A stretch of 62,881 nucleotides of DNA, filler included, from Octopus bimaculoides (taxonomy: Eukaryota), in NCBI RefSeq assembly GCF_001194135.2. It is 5 parts of 4 records of this genome, joined end to end, with 100 filler letters (N's around TTAATTAATTAA, not from the genome) between each part and the next. Parts side by side here need not be neighbours in the genome. Positions count along the whole stretch, not along the records: positions 1 to 26,985 come from NC_068981.1; 4 more parts are not named here. One strand, given 5' to 3'. This document shows, piece after piece, positions 12,751 through 24,978 of this stretch. The notes under the pieces were generated by a model, which searched no databases, was not told where the DNA came from, and worked only from the letters and a program-made list of their open reading frames with translations. Positions within the stretch are counted from its first letter, which is position 1. Each line of letters begins with the position of its first letter. The position numbers and the translations under genes were made by a program.

Positions 12751-13064
12751 AAGAAAGGTATACCTTTAATTTAAGATTTAAAAAATTATGTTAATTAAAG
12801 ATGAATATCTGCCTTACTACCCCCCTTGAGGTAGCAGATATTTTGATGTAACTTTTTTCTACTGAACCAAATCTCAAACTATTTATGCCAAAGTGTAGCT
12901 GAGAAGGTGTCCTCTTTAAAACTATTAACAGTTTGCAATTTAGTTGAGAACTGAATTAGTGCTGAAGCTTGGAAACTGCTGCAATTGACCAAATGGTGGA
13001 CTTAAAGAATATATTCAACCATTACCGTGGTTGAATGATATATATATATACAGACACACAGAAG

Positions 13065-13200
13065 TCTTCGACAAAGTCTCCCAGGTTTATCAAGTTCTAT
13101 ACAGAAGGTCAACTTGAGGCAACTGTAGAAGATACACGTGTCCCAAGGGCAGATGGTTCCGAAGCGAACTTGTTAACCATATAACCACAACTGTACTCAA
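13065..13200 (-). mobile_element. Degenerate SINE family F fragment
   Basis: Residual cttcgac..., actgtagaagatac..gtcccaagg, atggttccgaagcgaacttgttaaccat..aaccac match the reverse complement of the family F head and CORE-like segment. Confidence 0.5.
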
Positions 13201-13777
13201 TTCCTTCTATTCACAAATAGATCTTAAAGTACAGCCTCTATTCAAACTAGCAATATCAGTTCAATCAAGAAAAAATGGCGCCACGAATAAACAAAAAAAT
13301 AGGTTTTTTCTCCTTCAAAGGAAATGTAAACAAGTATATTTAAACCTTCTGTTCAACAAACAAGAGCAAGCTTGTCCGATTTTCTCGCGACCCTTTCCTC
13401 TGATTTCAAGGTTTTTCTCCACGTTGCTTCAACCCTTCCACCTGCTTCCCCACTCTCTTTCCCACCTCACACTAAGTCTAACATCACCTATATTCCTTAT
13501 AACTACGTTCCTTTTTCGTTCAACTATGTCGGCCATTTCCTGTCTTATTCTGTGTGATTCACACACATTCACATACACGCACGAGTGTATGCGATTTATT
13601 ACTCAGGTGCACATACATTACACAAACATACTTCTCTCCCCTCCCCGTAATACATTCATATAATTCTTACGTTCTACTATCTTTACAATCTACGTTTCAT
13701 TCTTCACCTTTCTCATATTCATGCATTGTTAATCTATTTATCTCTCTCTCTACCTGTCTCTCTGTCTCTGTCTCTCC

Positions 13778-13840
<63 letters not shown>

Positions 13841-14010
13841 NNNNNNNNNNNNNNNNNNNNNNNNNNNNNNNNNNNNNNNNNNNNNNNNNNNNNNNNNNNN
13901 NNNNNNNNNNNNNNNNNNNNNNNNNNNNNNNNNNNNNNNNNNNNNNNNNNNNNNNNNNNNNNNNNNNNNNNNNNNNNNNNNNNNNNNNNNNNNNNNNNNN
14001 NNNNNNNNNT

Positions 14011-14264
14011 CGGGGATATTCAGCGTGACACAGTGTGACAAGGCTGACCCTTTGAATTACAGGTACAACAGAAACAGGAAGTAAGAGTGAGAGAAAGTTG
14101 TGGTGGAAGAGTATAGCAGGGTTCGCCACCACCTCCTGCCGGAGCCTCGTGGAGCTTTAGGTGTTTTCGCTCAATAAACACTCACAACGCCCGGTATGGG
14201 AATCGAAACCGCGATCCTACGACCGCGAGTCCGCTGCCCTAACCACTGGGTCATTGCGCCTCCA
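14011..14264 (-). mobile_element. SINE family B, 5' two-thirds (3' end in gap)
   Basis: Reverse complement of ggaggcgcaatgacccagtggttagggcagcggactcgcggtcgtaggatcgcggtttcgattccc... Confidence 0.9.
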
Positions 14265-14624
14265 CGATAGATAGATAGATATCGCATAATTCACATAACT
14301 GTAGTGTTTAAACACTATGAGTAGTGGTTTTCGTTCGAGAAAGAGGTATTGAAAAAAAATACCCAGTATTATTCAGATCGAGGCAAAACGTCTTTAAATG
14401 TGTCTATCCCGATCGAAAAAGAAACTAAGATCCTAGCGTTTAAACAACACACATATGTTAAATAGATGGTATTAGTAATATTTACATTATTATGCTGCTT
14501 CTAACGCATAATTTGAATTTATTCAACTTATGCAGCGCAATGTATATAAATATATAATTTCTTAGAATTTTTTTTTTTCTGACGCAGTCACAATATTTGA
14601 AAAAATTTTCACAAGCAAAAATTA

Positions 14625-15020
14625 AGGATGGCTGTGTGGTAAAAAGCTTGCCTCCCAATCTCATGGTTCCGGGTTCAGTCCCACTGTGTGGCACCTTGGC
14701 CAAGAGCCTTTTCCTACAGCCTCGGGTCGACCAAATCTTTGTAAGTGGATTTTGTAGAAAGAAACTGAATGAAGCCTGTTGTATATACATATGTATTTAT
14801 CTATGTTTGTATCTTTGTGTCTGTGTTTGTCCCCCCACCACCGCTTGACAACAGGTGTTGGTGTGTTTACGGCACGTGACATAGCGGTTCTACAAAAGAG
14901 GCTGATAGACAATAGTACCAAGATTAAAGAAAAAACAAGTACTGGGGTCGATTCATTGGACTAGAAATTCTTCAAGATAGTGCCCCAGCATGACCGCAGG
15001 CTAATAACTGAAGTAAAAGA
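14625..15020 (+). mobile_element. Composite SINE F-G: tRNA head, CORE-like body, internal microsatellite, module G
   Basis: tggctgtgtggtaaaaagc...ggttcagtccc actgtgtggcaccttggccaag...gaaactgaatgaagcc-(TA/TG)n-tttgtccccccaccaccgcttgacaac...ggggtcgatt...ccagcatgaccgcag. Confidence 0.85.
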
Positions 15021-15023
15021 TAA

Positions 15024-15557
15024 TAGGCGCAGGAGTGGCATATAGGCGCAGGAGTGGCTATGTGGTAAGTAGCTTGCTTACCAACCACATGGTTCCGGGT
15101 TCAGTCCCACTGTGTGGTAGGTTGGGCAAGTGTCTTCTACTATAGCCTCGGGCCGACCAAAGCCTTGTGAGTGGATTTGGTAGACGGAAACTGAAAAAAG
15201 CCCGTCGTATATATGTATATATATATATATATATATATNNNNNNNNNNNNNNNNNNNNNNNNNNNNNNNNNNNNNNNNNNNNNNNNNNNNNNTGTATGTA
15301 TGTACGTATGTATGTATGTATGTATGTGTGCGTATATGTTTGTGTCTGTGCTTGTCCTCCCAACATCGTTTGACATCGATGATGGTATGTTTACGTCCCC
15401 GTAACTTATCGGTTCGGCAAAAGAGACCGATAGAATAAGTACTAGACTTGCAAAGAATAAGTTCTGGGGTCGATTTGCTCGACTAAAGGCGGTGCTCCAG
15501 CAAGGCCGCAGTGTCAAATGACTGAAGCAAGTAAAAGAGTAAAAGAGAGTAAAGAGA
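15024..15557 (+). mobile_element. Composite SINE F-G, second tandem copy with duplicated 5' end
   Basis: taggcgcaggagtggc occurs twice (20-bp period), then the full F head/CORE-like body, a (TA)n/(TGTA)n array with a gap, module G, and a (gtaaaaga)n tail. Confidence 0.9.
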
Positions 15558-15689
15558 TACTAAAACAAATTCATTTAAAAAGAAGTCAACACAGACCCGA
15601 TGGAAGAAAGTTTGATGGGACGTGTGTTAGAAAAGCTGACTACACCCCACTCCTACGTGGTTGTGAGTATGTTGTGACCTGTTTTAAAT

Positions 15690-15950
15690 GCCTCCTGGTG
15701 TTATGATATTACTTGAATACGCCTCTAGATCATCGACAAAAGTATATGACTAATATTAATTTCCCACATTTCTGCAGATTCTAACATGTACTTTTGACAT
15801 CTGACTCAACAAAGTCAACAAGGAATTCACTCCCAGGACAAACAAAATTACAGAGAAAGTATCATCTCCTGAATATTCCCGTTGATAATCTAATTCTTTT
15901 TGTAACTATAGTAATTGCTTCAACTCTTAGTGGTAGCTATGTGGACTATA
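15690..15950 (-). mobile_element. Highly decayed RT fragment, R4/Dong-like LINE
   Basis: Frameshifted minus-strand translation KRIRLSTGIF..GD.TFSVILFVLGVNSL...NISHIL/FVDDLEAYSSN resembles the GIFQGDSLSP..LF and SHLLY(M/V)DDLKLY motifs. Confidence 0.5.
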
Positions 15951-16029
15951 TTGTAATCTATCATTGCCTCGATTAAAACAGATAAAATCATGGTGAGGCG
16001 AAGTGACGGTAGTGTCTATGAGTGAGGGA

Positions 16030-16530
16030 CATGGTTAAACACTTTATTATATTCTAATCAGCCAAGGCGTCATCAACTTGCAGTTTTGTTTCCCCTGAGA
16101 GAGTTCTGTTAATCAGGAGCTGCTCGGCATAGCTCCAAACTCCTTTCAGCTGCCTGTTTATCAGTCACCACATCCCAGAAACATACATTAAATCAAACTG
16201 TATACAGTCAAACAATTACTGCATCATCCTTAACATATTCTTTGGGTTAACAATTCAGAAACGTGTTCAATCCAGCTACCGGCAGTCTCTGTCCTTTAAG
16301 CAACAAATAAGTCATCATAAGGTAGAAAATCAAGACAAGACCTTCCAAAGAGTGATATTTTATAGACTTGGTATAAATATTTTATAGCCTTGTAATATAA
16401 ACAAGCGTAAATTCTACTGTTCAGAGAGTTCAGTGCGCAGTAATGCATAAGGAGTATCATGTTTTTCAAGCAAGAGTCTCTGAACCTCGGCTTTAGTTTC
16501 ATTAAACCAGTCCCAATGGCTGACAGCAGC
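16030..16530 (-). mobile_element. Highly decayed RTE (BovB-like) ORF fragment, endonuclease-RT linker region
   Basis: HWDWFNETKAEVQRLLLEKH resembles HQDWFDEND.EI..LL.EK; VVTDKQAAER/W.YAEQLLINR resembles ITDK..LERW.EH..LLNR. Many stops. Confidence 0.45.
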
Positions 16531-16619
16531 ATACATACACACATACATACATGCGTGCATACATGTACGTATAGATACAACAAAGATACTTGCGTATGAG
16601 CGTACGAACACATACGTAC

Positions 16620-16667
<48 letters not shown>

Positions 16668-17173
16668 NNNNNNNNNNNNNNNNNNNNNNNNNNNNNNNNN
16701 NNNNNNNNNNNNNNNNNNNNNNNNNNNNNNNNNNNNNNNNNNNNNNNNNNNNNNNNNNNNNNNNNNNNNNNNNNNNNNNNNNNNNNNNNNNNNNNNNNNN
16801 NNNNNNNNNNNNNNNNNNNNNNNNNNNNNNNNNNNNNNNNNNNNNNNNNNNNNNNNNNNNNNNNNNNNNNNNNNNNNNNNNNNNNNNNNNNNNNNNNNNN
16901 NNNNNNNNNNNNNNNNNNNNNNNNNNNNNNNNNNNNNNNNNNNNNNNNNNNNNNNNNNNNNNNNNNNNNNNNNNNNNNNNNNNNNNNNNNNNNNNNNNNN
17001 NNNNNNNNNNNNNNNNNNNNNNNNNNNNNNNNNNNNNNNNNNNNNNNNNNNNNNNNNNNNNNNNNNNNNNNNNNNNNNNNNNNNNNNNNNNNNNNNNNNN
17101 NNNNNNNNNNNNNNNNNNNNNNNNNNNNNNNNNNNNNNNNNNNNNNNNNNNNNNNNNNATATACATACATACA

Positions 17174-17205
<32 letters not shown>

Positions 17206-19026
17206 CATGTACATATATATATACAGACACATACATACACAAACATATACACACACATATATATATACATACATATCTGCATGATTTATAGATGCTGTAG
17301 TCTAATATACAATGTCTCTCTCTATACACACACTAAACACACACTTACATATAAATGCACATATGTCTGTACATGTGCGCGCGCATTTGTGCGTGTGTGC
17401 GTATGCATATACGACACACGTACGTTCCCTATTCTTCTGAGTCTGTGTATGTGTGTAATTCTAATGAATGACATCTTGTTTGTATATATATATATATATN
17501 NNNNNNNNNNNNNNNNNNNNNNNNNNNNNNNNNNNNNNNNNNNNNNNNNNNNNNNNNNNNNNNNNNNNNNNNNNNNNNNNNNNNNNNNNNNNNNNNNNNN
17601 NNNNNNNNNNNNNNNNNNNNNNNNNNNNNNNNNNNNNNNNNNNNNNNNNNNNNNNNNNNNNNNNNNNNNNNNNNNNNNNNNNNNNNNNNNNNNNNNNNNN
17701 NNNNNNNNNNNNNNNNNNNNNNNNNNNNNNNNNNNNNNNNNNNNNNNNNNNNNNNNNNNNNNNNNNNNNNNNNNNNNNNNNNNNNNNNNNNNNNNNNNNN
17801 NNNNNNNNNNNNNNNNNNNNNNNNNNNNNNNNNNNNNNNNNNNNNNNNNNNNNNNNNNNNNNNNNNNNNNNNNNNNNNNNNNNNNNNNNNNNNNNNNNNN
17901 NNNNNNNNNNNNNNNNNNNNNNNNNNNNNNNNNNNNNNNNNNNNNNNNNNNNNNNNNNNNNNNNNNNNNNNNNNNNNNNNNNNNNNNNNNNNNNNNNNNN
18001 NNNNNNNNNNNNNNNNNNNNNNNNNNNNNNNNNNNNNNNNNNNNNNNNNNNNNNNNNNNNNNNNNNNNNNNNNNNNNNNNNNNNNNNNNNNNNNNNNNNN
18101 NNNNNNNNNNNNNNNNNNNNNNNNNNNNNNNNNNNNNNNNNNNNNNNNNNNNNNNNNNNNNNNNNNNNNNNNNNNNNNNNNNNNNNNNTATATATATATA
18201 TACACATATACGTGTATGTAAACATTAGGTTTGTAAGAATGTGATCGTGTTTATATGTTTGTGTATATGCTTTTACGTTTAAATGTTTGTATATACGTAT
18301 GATGTAGTATGCACGTATATATGAAGAAAGGTATGCAATCATGTATGTATGTGAGTGTTTGTGTGCGCGTGTACGTGCATGCTTGTGTTCGTGCATGTGT
18401 GCGTATGTGTGTGCGTGTGTGTGCGTGTGTGTACGTATGTACAGATGCGTGCATATATGTAATCTTGCTTTCTTCCATAATTAAATAGAAATTCAGTAAA
18501 GGAAATAACAGCAGAAACAAGAAGCAGCAACAAAAAACAAACAAAACAAACAAACATAACAAAACAAAAAAACAAAAACAATAACGGCATTATCAACATT
18601 ATCAACATCAACAGCAATAACAACAACAATAACAACAAACAACGAAATACCAAAAGGCAAAAACAGAAAGACGAAAAGAAAATTAAAAAGAATTAAACGA
18701 AAAACCTAAAAATAAGTCAAAAATGTAGAAACAGTGAAGTGGAATTGTCAAAACATCTAAGGACTATTTTGTTGTTGTTGTTGTTGTTGTTAGTGTTGTT
18801 GTTTTTGACATTTTCTATCTGCTTTAAACCGGTTGTGATAAAACTGGAAAGATAAATCAATATTTCACACTGTTAGATATCATGGGTAAAACCTGAAGAC
18901 AATACGAGAAAACTTCGCCAATATCACTTGTATTTTAGACATACTATAGATGCTCCTATAGGTTATTCTGTGCATGCGCATACACGTATGCGTGTACGTA
19001 TATGAAAGCCTAAGTATGCGAGTATA

Positions 19027-19110
<84 letters not shown>

Positions 19111-19301
19111 CAGAGAGAGACAGAGACAGAGAGAGACAGAGAGAGATAGATAGATCCGTTTGCTATTAGCTGTCGGAAAAAATAGTACACAATACCATGT
19201 AGTGATTAATATTTTATTTTGATCGAGTCAGGTTTGCCTGGAGACCCTTAATGCCTAAGGTGAAACTCAGAGTAGCAAGAGGTTGGTTCGACCAAAATAA
19301 C

Positions 19302-19339
<38 letters not shown>

Positions 19340-19644
19340 ACACAGCTGGTGCTGTACTTGTATTATTAATTCTTTTTTAAACTTACATTTTAATCGTATC
19401 TTAGATAATGAAATCTATACTTTTTTTTCGACGGTGATCATTTCAATGCATGTAAATGGTTTCCCCAATAAACTTGCATTACGTTTTAGAAGCTCCAAGA
19501 AAGCTATAAGGTGATGCTCAAGTACGTATCTCTGAGTGCACTGCACCTTATAGCAGAAACAGCTGTAAGCCAACAACGTTCATTGCATAATTTCCTGTTC
19601 CTTTGTATTTTGTTTAATTTCGTATACATACATATCTACATATA

Positions 19645-20540
19645 CGTGGTGTGATAAAAAAATATCCGTATTGTTGTCATAGTAACAACGCTGAAGCAGG
19701 CAGAATGAAGCCGCTTTGGCACAGATTGACCTTAGACTCTGATGTGCATGCACACTAAGTTTTAACGTTCTAGTACACTTCTGCTGTTTACGGCAATGCT
19801 TGAAAGGAAGGTGTGTAGCGTGTGATCGTCTTATTGACCATAACATAGAAAGTTGAGCAGAGAATCTGCATCAAATTTTGCCAAAAGCATGGTGATACTA
19901 GCTCAGAGGCCTATGCAAACTTTTCAAAAAGTTTTCATTGTTCTTGACACAATCAAGGAGATCTTGTGTAACTGAAACCCAAGTGTCTTTTTGATTAACT
20001 GAAAGCACTTTTGGCACAAACTTGGCAGATACGCGTGTCATACCCAAATCTTCAGTGATAATGGATTGAACTGAACCGCAACTAATCTGCACATCCTTTG
20101 ATAACCCTCGGATGGTGATACGACGATTTCCACTCACAGCTGCACGCACATATGCGATATTTTTCTCATTTCTGCTGGTTGCGAGTCTCCTAGAACGTTC
20201 ATCAATATCAACATATTTTCGGCCATCTTGGAAATGTCTGAACCACTCGTACACTTGTGTGCAGCTCATACACTCCTCTTCATACACTTTCTGCAACTTT
20301 GCGTAGGCTTCTGAGCAGGTATCGCCATGACAACTTTCTCTGTCATAGTCAGTGCGACGATCACACGCTACACACTTTCCTTTTAAGCACTGCTGTAAAC
20401 AGCAGAAGTGAGCTAGAACGTTAAAACTTAGTACGCATGCACAGCAGAGTTCATGGTCAATCTTTACCTAGTGGCTTTACTCTGCGTGTTTTAGCTTCGT
20501 TACTATGGCAACAGTCCGGATACTTACTGATCATACCTCT
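19645..20540. mobile_element. Mariner derivative made of two inverted 5' ends, flanked by TA
   Basis: The left arm 19645-~19920 (+) and right arm 20540-~19922 (-) both start with the same TIR and 5' UTR (TA|cgtggtgtgataaaaaaatatccg and TA|agaggtatgatcagtaagtatccg) and run into the transposase N-terminus. Confidence 0.85.
19922..20296 (-). pseudogene. Mariner transposase N-terminal HTH fragment
   Basis: QKVYEEECMSCTQVYEWFRHFQDGRKYVDIDERSRRLATSRNEKNI...RRITIRGLSKDVQISCGSVQSIITEDLGMTRVSAKFVPKVLS (WVPR-type motif as FVPK)...NENFLK. Confidence 0.9.
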
Positions 20541-20619
20541 TATATTTACATTGTGTGTATGGATGGATGATTGCATGTATGTATGTAAATTTTTATGCAT
20601 ACATAACAAGCTCTGGATT

Positions 20620-20855
20620 ACCACACTGTGTTGGGTGACTATGGTGTTAAACCAACACAAAACAGTTAATGCGCAGAAATACTATCGTCAATTGGAAGCA
20701 TTGCACGAAAATATGCACAAAATGTGTCCATCACTAATCAGTCATAAAGGGGCGTAACTCTCACACGATAATACAAGGCCACATATTGCCCAAGTCATCC
20801 AGGAAAGGACTATGACACTAAATATGGAAGATATACCTTATCCTCCTTACTCTCT
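20620..20855 (+). mobile_element. Mariner transposase catalytic-domain fragment
   Basis: TVNAQKYYRQLEALH...(*)LSHDNTRPHIAQVIQER...EDIPYPPYS matches the HDNARPH and HPPYSP motifs. Confidence 0.75.
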
Positions 20856-21139
20856 ATTGTGGAAGAATCCTGAGCACACCCACGTGACCAAAAATGGACT
20901 GAAGCATTTCAATAAAATAATGAAATTGTGCGGATTGTCAGCAGTTGACTGTTTTCTTTTCTGTTCGATTTGGTCATTTTTTGGTCCCTGTTGGACGTGG
21001 GTCGCATTGTCAATTATTGTTGAGGGTTTCCCTTAGGGGTGAACCTAGTTGTTTAACCTCATTGTTGAGATATTGAATTGTTGGTTGCTGTTTTGTTTTT
21101 TTTACCTGTGAATTTATAGTTGTTTTCTTCCCCTATTTA

Positions 21140-22703
21140 TGGGTGAGGTGGAGAAAGAAGGAGGGATGGAGGGCGAACCGGTTCCAGCCGGCAGCTGTGC
21201 TTCGGCTGCTGGAAGAGGTTTGGCTGCGGACGTGTTGCAGGTTCGAGAGGTNNNNNNNNNNNNNNNNNNNNNNNNNNNNNNNNNNNNNNNNNNNNNNNNN
21301 NNNNNNNNNNNNNNNNNNNNNNNNNNNNNNNNNNNNNNNNNNNNNNNNNNNNNNNNNNNNNNNNNNNNNNNNNNNNNNNNNNNNNNNNNNNNNNNNNNNN
21401 NNNNNNNNNNNNNNNNNNNNNNNNNNNNNNNNNNNNNNNNNNNNNNNNNNNNNNNNNNNNNNNNNNNNNNNNNNNNNNNNNNNNNNNNNNNNNNNNNNNN
21501 NNNNNNNNNNNNNNNNNNNNNNNNNNNNNNNNNNNNNNNNNNNNNNNNNNNNNNNNNNNNNNNNNNNNNNNNNNNNNNNNNNNNNNNNNNNNNNNNNNNN
21601 NNNNNNNNNNNNNNNNNNNNNNNNNNNNNNNNNNNNNNNNNNNNNNNNNNNNNNNNNNNNNNNNNNNNNNNNNNNNNNNNNNNNNNNNNNNNNNNNNNNN
21701 NNNNNNNNNNNNNNNNNNNNNNNNNNNNNNNNNNNNNNNNNNNNNNNNNNNNNNNNNNNNNNNNNNNNNNNNNNNNNNNNNNNNNNNNNNNNNNNNNNNN
21801 NNNNNNNNNNNNNNNNNNNNNNNNNNNNNNNNNNNNNNNNNNNNNNNNNNNNNNNNNNNNNNNNNNNNNNNNNNNNNNNNNNNNNNNNNNNNNNNNNNNN
21901 NNNNNNNNNNNNNNNNNNNNNNNNNNNNNNNNNNNNNNNNNNNNNNNNNNNNNNNNNNNNNNNNNNNNNNNNNNNNNNNTATGCTACCTGTGTAGGGAGA
22001 GGTGTCATATGAAGGCGAGATGCCCCCAGAGAGAAGAGGACTAACAATGGATGGAACAGTCTGAGGAGCGGAAAGAGGGTGGACGAATTTGTACAGGATG
22101 ATGTGAAAGTCACAGCAATAACAGAAGAAGCATTCACTGTAGTTAAAAACGAATAAGAAAAGAAAGAGTTAGCTCTCCGCCGGAGAGGCAGAAAAGGAAA
22201 AAAGAATTAAATAAGGTGGTTGAGAAGAAGGTTGAGGAAGAGCTCGAGGTGGAGCTTGAGAAAGAGGAGAAGTAGCAAGGGTACTAGCTATACCAATGGA
22301 GGAGGAAGATTTAGACAGTATAGAAAGACAACAGCGTGAAGGTGAAACAGCGACACTAACCAAAATGGAGGACGATAAAGACAGACAGAAGACGCCAAGA
22401 GTGGAGCAAGGAAAAGGCAAACAAGCGAGAAAGCCGAAAAAGCATAGGTGGAATTTCGTTACATACGCTAAGAGCACAGCAATTGAAAGAAAGGTAACTA
22501 AGTTTAAATCTATTATAAGGGTTAAGTTGCCTATGGATAGTTACTCGGAAAATGTGAAGGCTATTGCAATTGATAAAGATAGATATAACAGGTTAAAGGA
22601 AATGTGTGGAAGGGACATTGATCCGCCGGCAGTTGTGGTGGAGTTTGACGAACTGCTGCCAGTGGTGGAATTAAGACAACTGGAACCATTTATGAGATAT
22701 TGA
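21140..22703 (+). mobile_element. Possible ORF1/gag-like relic of a non-LTR element (gap 21252-21980)
   Basis: Purine-rich, broken reading frames: EEAFTVVK..KKRKRVSSPPERQKRKKE.., then a 135-aa ORF at 22296-22703 followed by an A-run. Composition is typical of LINE ORF1, but no diagnostic domain was recognised. Confidence 0.35.
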
Positions 22704-22901
22704 AAAAAAAAGTAATTTTTTTTTAAAAAAAGAGAAGACAAAGATGATGCTAATGGAAAAAAAACAAAAGAAAAGATTATAAACTGCGTAAAAATGTTCA
22801 AATGGTACTGCATGAGAGTGAGGCTCATGCAGCCATTTCATTTTTTCATTATTATATAACATTTTTCTCATTTTCATTCGTTTTGTGTTTTTTGTCCCCA
22901 C

Positions 22902-23091
22902 TGTGGCGTTCTGTCTGTCATTGTGCTGTCCCCTATGTGTAAAAGCCTGAGTGCTTAATAAAAGAAAATAGTTGACTGTGGACAGTTGACAACGGTACAG
23001 TTGACAGTGTTGATCGTCCGAATTGGATTACTGTGTTAGTTTAATATCGTACCTACGTTTGACGTAGTACGGAGTACGTTCTACGTGAACA
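22902..23091 (+). mobile_element. Possible solo LTR
   Basis: 190 bp bounded by TG...CA, with AATAAA and internal (ca)gttgac repeats; no TSD found. Confidence 0.25.
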
Positions 23092-23199
23092 TATCAATTC
23101 TGCGAAAGGTTATTCTAGATAACCATATCCAAATATTTATTTGGATAATATTATTCCTACACCCTTGTGCACACCCCTAACGTCGTCATATCATTATTG

Positions 23200-23514
23200 G
23201 CGACGAGGTATTCAAACCCACGACATAACATTCTCCTAACCTTGCTCCATCTGACCATTATTCGGAGCATTTCACTGCAACATTATTCAGGGAGAAAACA
23301 ATTTATGAAGTAAGAAGAGGTTAAAAGTGATATTGATCGTTTCTTTGTTTCGAGATCTGAAGAATTTTATTCGAGGGATGAAGAATTTGCCAAATATATA
23401 GGATTATATTATCAATAATGAGGGGAAATATTATCTTGATTAAATATGCTAATTAAGAGCAAAAATTAATTTGTTTCCTTCTTGAAATGAAGCAGGACTT
23501 CTTTCCCGACCTAA
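23200..23514 (+). mobile_element. Mariner 3' end with 3' TIR (TTAGGT-type)
   Basis: HSPNLAPSDHY (YSPDLAPSD)...EEVKSDIDRFFVSRSEEFYSR...IINNEGKYYLD*, then gcaggacttctttcccgacctaa. Confidence 0.75.
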
Positions 23515-24718
23515 TTTATTCAAATGTTGTAGTTTGTCAACAAAAGAAGGGCTTACTCAGTCCATGTTATAGTGTAAATTATTTATTTAAATTGAATTCT
23601 ATTTCTCGCAACTCGAGATTCACGCTCTTCGCGATCTTCAGACAACGGCTGCTTTCCTTTTGTGATCATGCTTAATTTATTTCATTCTTTTTTTCTATGC
23701 AAACTTTAAGGTGAATATATNNNNNNNNNNNNNNNNNNNNNNNNNNNNNNNNNNNNNNNNNNNNNNNNNNNNNNNNNNNNNNNNNNNNNNNNNNNNNNNN
23801 NNNNTATATATATATATATATGCGTGTGTGCATATGTGTGTACGTGTGTATACATATTTGTATGCTAGTGTATATGTGTGCGTGCGTATGTGGGTTCTTG
23901 TATGTGGCTGTGTTTTACAAAGAATGTGGCTAGATACTTTACTTTCGCGTAAAATATTAAAATGCTCAATTCGCACTCTCATAGAATGTGTGTGTGTGCG
24001 TGCGTGCGCGTGCGCGCGCGCGTATGTGTGTGTAATACCTGTAGTTATTTCCGTGCCATATTTTCACGTTAGCAAAGAGGAATTTGGACACGATTATCTC
24101 CTGTAACGTAACATATAATGTATGACCGAAGTCAAATGTCACATGATATGCCCTGATATGTCCTTTTGATCTCACTTCCTCACAATTTTAGCTTCATTAT
24201 GAGACCATAATATATTTAAATATGTAGAATTTATTACACAAATAGACACATAAACACATAAGATATCTACATATCAGTCTTCTGTAAACTGAGCTTCTCT
24301 GGACGCATGCGTCCTTATGAAGGATAACGTGCGATCAGTTGGGTGAGTCCATAAAATGTATTACTGATAGCTTAATCATAAATTTTAATCATATTGATTT
24401 TATTAGAATTCTGAGATATGGTTGAAGTTTTGTTTATGATTGTTCGTACAAGTTGCTTTACTAAGTATTTCGCATCACTACTGCATCAAACGTCGGCAGT
24501 GAGTCATCTATGTAGCCATGACTTTTATGTCTTATATATATATATATATACATATACAAATAGATATCGGCAATCAAGGATTCAAGAACGTTCTTATTTC
24601 TAAGCCCCAATTTTCTTTAAAACATGAAGAGAGATCCTTCTTGATTCATATAGACTTAGAGGGTCGGTTTGCCTGGTTTCCGCGGTGCATTCATCTCCTA
24701 CTGGAAGGGAAGCCAGTG

Positions 24719-24820
24719 AAATAAATTGTTTTGCTCAAGAACAAAACTCGTCACCCGGTCGAAACCACAATCTTAAGATCATGAGTCCAACACCCTAACC
24801 ACTAAGTCATGCGCCTCCAC
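24719..24820 (-). mobile_element. SINE family C head and CORE-like fragment
   Basis: Reverse complement: ggaggcgcatgacttagtggttagggtgttggactcatgatc...ttcttgagcaaaacaatttattt. Confidence 0.75.
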
Positions 24821-24978
24821 TAAAAGTATGAAAGTATCTGCGATTATATGTCGCGTTCTAAAAATAACACAACCATAAGAATTAAACTATTAAACATGAG
24901 CGCTTATGAAATTGTTGTCAAAATATGAATCAGAACAACATTAATATAAAGATTAGCAGCAAGTAGCACTTAAAGTGA

